A program made the translations under genes and the position numbers. Positions 54,014 to 64,000 of a DNA stretch of 64,000 nucleotides are shown here, one piece after another. Below the pieces are notes generated by a model, which was not told the DNA's origin, did not search any database, and saw only the letters and a program-made list of their open reading frames with translations. The DNA comes from Octopus vulgaris (Eukaryota): the NCBI GenBank assembly GCA_951406725.2, contig OX597817.1:124930001-124994000 (forward strand). The letters are read 5' to 3'. The stretch's first letter is position 1. The number at the start of each line of letters is the position of its first letter.

Positions 54014-54721
54014 AATTCAATTTTGTCTTTTTTTTTGCACTTCTACTTGCATGGAAAAATTTAATTTTCTTTCTCCCTGAGTGTGTATGTAGATGTATAC
54101 AGCTATGTACTTTTTTGTATTTGTATATTTATATCTATATATATGTATATGCCTGTGTGTGTGTGTGTGTGTGTGTGCGTGCGTGTGTGTGCATCATCAT
54201 CATCATCCTTATCCTCATCATCATCATTTAACATCTATTTATTGTGCTGGACGGTCTGACAGGAGCTGCCAAACCAGAAAACTACAAAGATCTATTGTCT
54301 ACTTTGGCAGTTTTTCTATGACTGGATGCTCTTCTTAACGCCAACTACTCTACAGAGTGTACTGGGTGCTTTTTATTATACATGGCATCAGTGCTAGCAC
54401 GTTATCAGGTAAATTACAAGACAGGGACCTCTGATAAAGGAGAGGGAGTAGTACTGAGAGAGGTGGCTTAGTGCCATTTGGGAGGTTAAAGTATAATAGA
54501 GTTATAGAGATAGATGTCTTGCAGTATCAAGGGCACTCTGTGATATAATACAAAGAGCACAGCATTAATAAGAGAAAAGAACATGAGCTTTGACTTGGTA
54601 CTCCTTTATTGCATCTGTTACGTATGCTTCAGTATTCTGCAGCAAAGGGCATCACACTGAATTCACCTTCTAGAGCTGGCACCATATGCAAACACATCGT
54701 CAGACAATTTAAATAAAAATA

Positions 54722-54761
<40 letters not shown>

Positions 54762-54793
54762 GTGTGTGTGTATATATATGTATACATATACAT

Positions 54794-54851
<58 letters not shown>

Positions 54852-54940
54852 TCAGATATTATTTAATAATAATAGAGGGTAAAATCAATAATGATTTCAC
54901 CAGGCAGCCAGTATGGAAATAAAAACTTTTAGGTAAATTT

Positions 54941-55202
54941 TACAAATTATTTTATAATTATATACATAATTATAACAAGAGGTCAACTAAATGCCTCACC
55001 ACACACTGCTAGAAATTGACACTAAGGTCATTTTTACAACCTTAAACTCTCTGAAAATAAAACACTTGCCTACGATAAGTATGTTATTTTCAGAGACTTT
55101 AAGGTAGTAAAAAGACCTTAGCGTCTGTTTCTAGCAGTGCATGGTGAGGCATTAAGCTGAACCCTTGTTATAATTATATATATAATTATAAAATAATTTG
55201 TA
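54941..55202. repeat. Long imperfect palindrome (two ~120-bp arms) within (TA)n
   Basis: 54941-55060 is close to the reverse complement of 55084-55202. Confidence 0.92.
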
Positions 55203-55242
55203 TACATATTTATATATATAGACACATTTATATACACATATT

Positions 55243-55304
<62 letters not shown>

Positions 55305-55307
55305 ATA

Positions 55308-55423
<116 letters not shown>

Positions 55424-55440
55424 GTTGTGTATATATATAT

Positions 55441-55550
55441 ATGGTTCTGGGTTCAGTCCCACTCGTCGCACCTTGGGCAAGTGTCTTCTACTATAGCTGA
55501 CCAAAGCCTTGTGAGTGAATTTAGTTGACAGAAACTGAAAGAAGCCCGTC

Positions 55551-55622
<72 letters not shown>

Positions 55623-55863
55623 GTGTGTGTGTATGTATGTATATGTTTGTGTGTCTGTGTTTGTCCCCCCCAACATCGCTTGACAACCGATGTTGTTGTG
55701 TTTACATCCCCGTAACTTAGTGGTTCGGCAAAAGAGACCAATATAATAAGTACTTGGCTTACAAAGAATAAGTCCCGGGGTCGATTTGCTCGACTAAAGG
55801 TGGTGCTCCAGCATGGGCACAGTCAAATGACTGAAACAAATAAAAGATTAAAAGAGTAAAGAG
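55441..55863 (+). mobile_element. SINE family B (5' truncated)
   Basis: Family match with an expanded internal (TA)n. Confidence 0.9.
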
Positions 55864-55895
<32 letters not shown>

Positions 55896-56027
55896 TATAT
55901 ACACACCAACATACACACATATATATATACATACATATATCTATATTTATATATATATATATTTAGCCATCAAAGAATCCATAAGTCAGAAAAATTATGC
56001 ACTTGTATAATTGTCAATAGAGTGGGG

Positions 56028-56291
56028 ATATTAATTAAAGTGTACAGTATTATACATCCATTACAGTCAATCTTACCAATCAGTTTTGCATTATGGGTTC
56101 AACAGGGTCTTAGGTAGCAGCTGATTATGTAACTCTGCACTCTTCAGGGATGGCATCCATAACTGCCATCTCTGAAGAGTGCAGGGTTACTCTATAAGGT
56201 TAGTACTTAACACTCACTTGAACCTCTAGCATGAAACCAATTGGCAAGATAGTGTTTAATGGATATATATTACTGTGCACTTCGATTAATA
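56028..56291. repeat. Long diverged palindrome with a near-perfect 27-bp inner hairpin
   Basis: 56129-56155 pairs with 56164-56190 (two G-T pairs). The outer arms 56028-56118 and 56200-56291 are recognisably inverted. Confidence 0.85.
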
Positions 56292-56576
56292 CACACACAC
56301 ACCACACACACACCACACACACACACACCACACACACACACACACACAAGCACACACCACACACACACTCACACACACACACACACACACATATTATGAA
56401 AACATAATCATGTAGTTGAGAAGTTTGTTTGCAAACATAATTTTCAGTTCAGTTGCAACATGTCATACCTTGGGCAAGTGTCTTCTACTATGGCCTCAGG
56501 CTGTCCAAAATCTCATGAGTCAATTTGTTATAAAATGAAGTTTGTCATATAATATGTGAGTGTGTGTATGCTTGCA

Positions 56577-56618
<42 letters not shown>

Positions 56619-57441
56619 GGGGAAAGTGAGTGCCAGTGTGTGAATGTTTGTGTCTCCTTGTTTAGACATTACATGATAGTTGGAAAAGAGTGACACTGTT
56701 ATAACAGCAGTATTGTTCACATCTAATATTCTGCAAAACATGTTTGATCTTGGGGAAATATCACTTTGCTTGGAAACAGAGTGAGGTCTGGCAACAGCAT
56801 CCTATGAGTAAAAATGTGTTGACACCCACAGTGTGGAATCCTTGTGGATAGTAGCTGTATTAGGAAAGTTCAGCTTCTTCACACGCTGTGTCAAAATGAT
56901 TCTGCTTGAGGATTATTTGAGGGAAAGATCAGTCTGTGGTATACTCAACCATTTACAATGGGATTAACTCAGTAGGTAGTTAAGTTAACCAACCCACAAG
57001 AATACTATTAATCAGAACTGACAGGCTCTGTTTCTATTTATGTGGGTGTGTATGTGTGCATGTGTGTGCATACATATGCACGTGCACGTGTGTGCCTGTG
57101 TGCGTGTGCTAGTATGAACATAGATTTTGTTAGTGATCGTTCAAGGAAGCAGACTGACAGTGCTCTATCTAAAGAAGTTAACAAGATTTGCATAATCTAG
57201 TTTGCGAGTTAAATTCTGCAGATATACACCTGGTTCCTTATTGTGGGAATTCTTCAACTTCGACGTTATACGCCAACATAAATATGTATGTGTATATGTG
57301 TATGTCTATAAATATATTTTTGTGTGTGTGTGTGTATGTATCTATGTACATATATTTATATCTATATATATATAAATATATATATGTATATATATGTATA
57401 TGCATAAATATATATATATATAATATGCTTTCTAACAAAAA

Positions 57442-57479
57442 CTGTCTGATGAACGGCAAGAAGAAACTCAGAGTAACAG
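57442..57479 (+). ncRNA. Minimal type I hammerhead with damaged stem II
   Basis: CTGT-CTGATGA-ACGGCAAGAA-GAAA-CTCAGAG-TA-ACAG: stem I CTGT/ACAG, near-palindromic stem III ACTC/GAGT, GTA triplet. It lies in a ~60-bp island within (TA)n. Confidence 0.65.
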
Positions 57480-57487
57480 ATTTAATA

Positions 57488-57545
<58 letters not shown>

Positions 57546-57652
57546 TTATATATATATGTATATATACACACATATATATACATATATATATACTTATATA
57601 TATATAAACTTATATATATATATATAATTATGTATATATATGTATATATAAA

Positions 57653-58233
57653 ATGAAAATAAGCAACAGGATATCCAGTGGTAATGCAGTTCGATCAATT
57701 CAATGCAATGATTACATCAGACATAAACGTAACATACTTCATAATAGAAATATTAATAGTGAAAATATTAATAATAATGATATGAATTTTATTAATACTA
57801 ATATTAATAGTAGTATTTCTCCTAGTTGCAATTGTAGAGTTAACTCCTGCTGTCCATTATTAGGCCAATGTCTTACCCAGAACGTAATTTATAAATGTAT
57901 AATAATAACTACAACTAGTAATTTTATATATATATTGGTTGTTCAATTAATAACATTTCCTCTTTAAAACTTAAACATAAGGCGAATTGTAAGTCATTAT
58001 CTAGTAAGATTTGGGAACTGAATGAAAGCAGAATTAGGTTTAGCCTTGAATGGGAAATAATAAGAAAAGTGCAGCCCTATATAAATAGTAGATATGGGTG
58101 TGAGCTGTGCTCTATGGAAACATATGAAATGTTTAAGCATAAAGATAAGTGCAACCGGATTAACAATAGATTAGACTTTAGGGTATCATGCGTACATAGT
58201 ATCACCCATCCCTTTAAATATTTTCGAAAGTAG
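57653..58233 (+). mobile_element. Penelope-like GIY-YIG endonuclease fragment (frameshifted)
   Basis: CNCRVNSCCPLLGQCLTQNVIYKC...FIYI, then from 57961 SLSSKIWELNE..FSLEWEIIRKVQPY..CELCSMET...CVH. Confidence 0.88.
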
Positions 58234-61200
58234 CACTTTATAGGTCTTGTGCTTGAACTGAATTTGATGGAAACTTACTTTTAATATTTCTAGTTTGGAA
58301 ATTAAAGTACATTGCATATATTATAATATAATGAAAGCTATATAGTATAGTTAGTTAGTGTACTACTCAGAATTAGTATACTCTCAATATGAATTTTCCT
58401 GCCTAGTTGGTCAGATTTCATCACGGTTTTAGTAATTAGTCTATTTATCCCTTTCCTAGTTTTCCACCCTCCTGATATTAGTATTTATAAGGGCCTTTAT
58501 GTAAGTAGCCCTCCTAATTAAGTACCCCTAAGGACTAATTAATTCACTTTGACTTGCTTGTTTAATGTTCTGGAATATACTTCTAGTCCTGAGTGTGATT
58601 GTGTGGTAAGAAGTTTACTTCCCAAACACATGGTTCTGGGCTCAGTACCACCGTTTGACACTTTGGAGAAGTATTTACTGCACCAGCCCTGATTTGACCA
58701 AAATCATGAGAGTAGAACTGGGTGACAGAAACTGAAAGAAGCCTATTGTATATTTTATATAGGTATCCATTTATGTGTGTTTGTCTTTGTGTTCATTTTT
58801 TGACAACTGGTATTGATTTGCTTATGTCTCTGTAGCTTAGTAGTTTGGCAAAAACGACTGATAGAATAAGTACCAAACTTTAAGTAAAAAAGTGATAGGA
58901 TCAATTTATCTGACTAAACCCTTCAGGGTCGTGACCAAGCATGGCTGATAGTTTAATAACTGAAACAAGTAAAAGAAAAGAAAAATGAAAAATATTGTTA
59001 TGGTGTATATTAGATTACATAATTATCAACAGAAGTTTAAGTATACATAGAATAAACTTCTATTTGCATATTTTCTTTTGTCTATGATGAAGGTCAGTAT
59101 TTTCAGAGGAAGAATATTTTAATTAAATAAAGTGATCCCTATATATTGCTGTTATATAAAACTCCACTGAGCACAAAAACTCCAGAATGCTAAGACGTTA
59201 ATAAAAGTCAAATTACAGAAAGACAGAAGTAAATATGGTAAAGCGTCTTACCTAGTACTCTAATATTTCCATCTACAAACTGACCCAGTCATGAGCAAAT
59301 ACATCCAAAAGAGTGATTTTGAATTTAATACTTTCTGTTACATAATTATGTAATAAAAGATGCAATTAATTATGTGAATATCTTTAAAAGAAATTACTTA
59401 TGAGATAAAATAGCAGAATTAATGCAGTTTTTCCATATTATTAAACATACAGTAAATAGTTTTCATATAACTACAATACTGTTTTACTAATGTAAAAGTA
59501 GCAAAAGTTGTGACAATTCAAATTGATATATGATTCGTGTAATTTATTAGATTAGCACTATAGAAAACAACTCTGATGTTTATATTGTTGCCTTGTACTA
59601 ATGACAGTAATTAATTATTATTTCTGTACATCCAGACTTAGATGTGAATTTGAAGTCAGAATTTTATTTGACGAATGTACTGTCTCTCACTTAAGAAATT
59701 CAGGTATAAAAATGCAGCTCTATTTTTAAACATTGTTCTTAAGCAATAAGAGTAAGTTAATCAATTTTTCATTAAGCTTTTTCATTGATTGATGGAAAGA
59801 TTAATTGCTATCTCTCTCTTGTGGAGTTATCAATGACATTAATTGTCTGTTGAAAATTGAATTACTATTATCCATGGTAATTGTCTCCCCTTTAGAAAGT
59901 AGCGCACTCATAATAAAATTTATTTTCCCTCACAACACTTAATTGCAAATGAAGGAGCCTCTATGTGGCCACTTTGTGCTATAAATAATAGCCATGTCTC
60001 CCTGAAATCCTTACCTATCATCTCATTCCTTATTTTAAAAAATGACATATTAACATGGTCTTACATATTTCTAGTAAGGTCATATGGTCAAGGCTTGAAT
60101 ATTTTTGATCATAAGCCTACTCAATCAGAACTCACCTGGAGATAAACAGCATCACCCAGCAAGATAGGTGGGGAGCTTAGAATTTAAGCGATAGTGACAA
60201 ATAAACCATGCACTATCTGTGCATTGATAGATCTCTGTTCATCAAATGTACTACTTCTCAATTAAAATGTAAGTGGCTGAGGATTCTGCAGAGATATGTA
60301 CTCTTAATGTAATTGAGAAGCTGAATAAGCATGAGTCAGTGTGCATCATATGGCTGCACATTTGAAATAGAGGTGCAATCCATCAGGTTTTCTATATAGT
60401 TGCCATCAGGCTAATTTCCAGAGGTCATAGAAAAGGACATTTACCCATAATACCAAACTGAGGGATAGAAGCTGAAACCTCATGGTTATAAAGCAAACTT
60501 CTTATATATTTGATGTGCTGTACTTATTAGGATCTGTAATGACAGAAAACACTTTTCCCCCAGCTTTTTAACAGCTAAACCACGCCTTAATATTATAAAG
60601 AAAAGACACATGCCAGTGTTGTTAACTCTATGCTTGAAGAAAAGAAAACGGTGATAGCTGAAAAACATTCAATCATAAGTTGCTAGAAAACAATTAATCA
60701 CTACTAACCTGGGGCTAAATAACAATAAATACAACAATAACTAACAGTGAACTATATCAATAGTTCAAAGTTTACAAACCTTGAAGTGTTACTGAAAGGC
60801 AAGCGTCTTTAAAAAAGTGTTTGTGATGATATACGACTGTTTGACCTTTAAGTAAGGCCTGCCAAGAAAATTTGACAAGGTGAAACAAGATTGCTTTTGG
60901 ATCAAAGGAAAAGAGTGAGTTATGAGGGTCTCTCTTTTTTTTTCTTCCACAGAGGTCCTAAGAGATGTTCACAGGCCTCTCCTTGGTTTTCGAGACCCCT
61001 TACTAGTCGAGCCCAACTCTTATAAGTTCTGTACTAAAATCAATGTGATTAGACTTTGTTTCAAACTACAGTTGTAGTCAAATTACATTAAGCAATCATG
61101 TTTGTATTTATTTTTAATTAGCATGCTTACACCATTAAATACTGTGTTCTTGTTTCTTTTCTGTCCTTTTTACCTGCTATTTAGTCAAAAGGAGAAGGGC

Positions 61201-62476
61201 GACTCTCATGATCCTCTTTTTAGGGTCCTTGTTGCAAATAAGAAGTAAGAATTTGTGACAAATAGAGACATGACCTGAATAGATGGCAATCTTACTGTCC
61301 AAGAACTCAGATTATAAAGAACCAAAACAATTTGATCAAAACCATCTGGTCTGATATTCTGACAATTTCCCTGGACTGATACGTTATTCTATTAACTTAA
61401 CAAGAATTTGAACATAAAGCACAGATAAATGAAACAAATATTGCAAGATTTTTTTTTTTTCTATTTTCTAATTTTCTTTTACTGAATTCCAGGCATTCAT
61501 ATTTGTTAATTCATCTAAACATTCCATTTGATTGCAATTAAGTTATAGTTGGAAGGAACAGATTTTTTTACATTATTTTGTATGAGAGTATGAAGATGAC
61601 ATGTAAGCAAGAAGTGTAATTTTGTTTCCCAATCTTCAAAGAAATATTAAAAATAATTCTATTGATTACTTTTATCTGTTATCAAAAAAATATCTGATAT
61701 TGTAAAGGTATCTATCTTTTCAGAAAAGTAATTATATTTAGAATATTTTTGGAATGTTAGGTAAAAGTTCCAAGTTTGATATCTTATATTACTATAGTTT
61801 GAATGTCTTCCAAAAGGAAGACTTGATTAGTTTCATTCAAGTAGTCTGTTTCTAACATTTATTGCTCCCACATAGAAAAAAATTTTGTTAATTAAAGCAA
61901 GTAAAATAAGGAAATGCTTTTAAAAAATGTTATTTTAAGAAAATGAAGCTATTTAGATATGAAAACATTGGCATATTTCTCAGCCTATATATGGAATATG
62001 TTAACCAAATCAATAGGATATCATATAACATGCTTTGCACTTTGAAACTTATAGAGATAAAATTAGTCTTTTAATCCTTCTAGGATTGGTAGAATAAGTA
62101 CCAGTCTCTATGTCATAGGTTCAATTAATCTGACGAAACACTTGAAAGGAGATACCCCAGAATGACCTCAGTTCAATAACTGAAGGCAAGATAGAAACTG
62201 TAAAATGCTTGTTTGAGATATATATATGTGTGTATGTGCGTATGTGTATGTATATATATATATATATATAAGTTCAGCAAAAATTTAGATTCAAATGAAT
62301 ATGGTACTTAATTTAGATGCACCAGAATTCTGTATGGTGTTATTCATAAAAAATCCATGGGGTAATTATAATCAAAATAAGCAACAAGAATGACTCCGGT
62401 AATTTGGTACGATCGTTTCGTACCACATCATTTTATTAAATGTTGTAAGTATTACAACAGTTTTAAAATGCTGAGC

Positions 62477-62521
<45 letters not shown>

Positions 62522-62567
62522 ATGTGTAATGTAATAATTAAAAAAAAAACATTGGTTTCATATCTAG

Positions 62568-63743
62568 TGTGAACTAGACATTTGCGACCTTATAGGGTTT
62601 TACATTCTGAACAGCCTGGGTAATAAATTCCCCTCTGTCCACTTCGGCTTATATAGAGATGATACTTTAGCCATCTCCAGAGGCACTAACCACCATACTT
62701 TAGACAGGCTTAGAAAAGACATCATACACACCCTCAACATCTTTGGCCTTAAAATCACCATAGAAACTAACGTCACCTTGGTGAACTTCTTGGATGTCAC
62801 ACTTGATCTAGTTAGTGGCACCTACAGACCATACTGTAAACCGAATGATAGGCTATCATACATTAATACAGCCTCCTGCCACCCACTCATAGTGTTCAAA
62901 AACCTAATAAAATGTATCAGCAAACGGATTTTGATGTTATCTTCAAATAAAGATAGTTTTAATGCAGTGGCTCCCGCTTACAATGAGGTGCTAGTGGCCA
63001 GCGGGTTCAAAGAGAATATGGTATATATACCAGGATTGAGTAACCATAAATGGAAATGCCACTGCAAGACCTTATGGTTTGCTCCCTGCTTCTCCCTAAA
63101 CATCCGGACATGCATAGGTAAGATTTTTCTAATGCTGATTGATAAGCATTTCATACAATCAAACAAATATAGAAAGATCTTTAACAGACATAATTTAAGA
63201 ATCTCTTTCAGTTGTGCACCCAATGTTAAGAAAAAATTACTTAGCACTCCTAAACTATGGACAGAGGCAGGTTGTTCATGCAGGATTAGAAATGAATGCC
63301 CAGTGGATGGCCATTGTAACACTGAGGCTACAGTGTACCAAGCAAAGGCAGCCTCAAACATAAGCAGCACAAATTACAGTAGCATTAATGCCAAAACAAG
63401 GACACACACTAAAATTTATGTTGGATTTTGTGAATCCAAATTTAAAATTCACCTGAACAATCACAGATCTCCTTTCAAGATCCCAGAGAGATGCATCACA
63501 ACATTCGCAGCATATGTATGGTGCCCAAAGGACAAACATATACCCTTTTAAATCAGGTGGAAATTACTGGAAACTTGTGGACCCTATTGCAATGGAACAA
63601 GACTGTGTAAATTGTGTATGGCAGAAAGATATATTATCCTCATGAACTCATATGAGCCAGGAGGTTACCTGAACACCAGGATGGAAACCATGGGGAGTTG
63701 AACACATTTTCGGAAACTTTTACTTCAAAATTGGAAAAATTAG
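62568..63743 (+). mobile_element. 5'-truncated Penelope-like retroelement ORF (RT C-half, linker, GIY-YIG endonuclease), pseudogenised
   Basis: One frame from 62568: ICDLIGFYIL..GLYRDDTLA (RT catalytic motif)..VNFLDVTLDL..CSCRIRNECPVDGHC..TVYQA..IYVG. In-frame stops at 63549 and about 63699, between which the frame reads IRWKLL..CKLCMAER..LNTRME. Confidence 0.93.
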
Positions 63744-64000
63744 TTACCAAGCGAAGGAAGACAACATTCTCGGTCATAATGTTTTGAGAGGAATATTTCT
63801 TGAACTATCATGTGTTTAAAAAAACATTCTTTGCAGAGAACAGTTATCGTTTAGAGAAACTGAAGACATGTCTAGTTCATGCTAGATATGAAACCAATGG
63901 TATTTTTCTAAACTATTATGTTACACATACAAAAATAAACAACTGCTCTATAGTTTATAGGCTATGCTCTTCTCCTGATTTATGATATTGTAAAGAAGAT

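Overview
AT-rich, microsatellite-dense eukaryotic intergenic or intronic DNA. The SINE, LINE and microsatellite content looks like a cephalopod (Octopus-type) genome; this is an inference, not a database result. I found no convincing intact host gene, and most listed ORFs are translations of microsatellites. The window is a mosaic of at least five SINE families, decayed RTE-clade LINEs, Tc1/mariner relics and MITEs, a Helitron-type element and several Penelope-like (PLE) RT/GIY-YIG fragments (best preserved at 62568-63743). The most interesting signal is a set of small non-coding inserts, mostly sitting in (TA)n or (TACA)n microsatellites, that carry type I hammerhead ribozyme motifs: one apparently intact at 42657-42750, one encoded on both strands by a perfect 136-bp palindrome at 42261-42396, and several degenerate copies. 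Two further long fold-back palindromes lie at 54941-55202 and 56028-56291. Together these suggest a microsatellite-associated family of non-autonomous PLE/retrozyme-like elements with recurrent inversion near the ribozyme.
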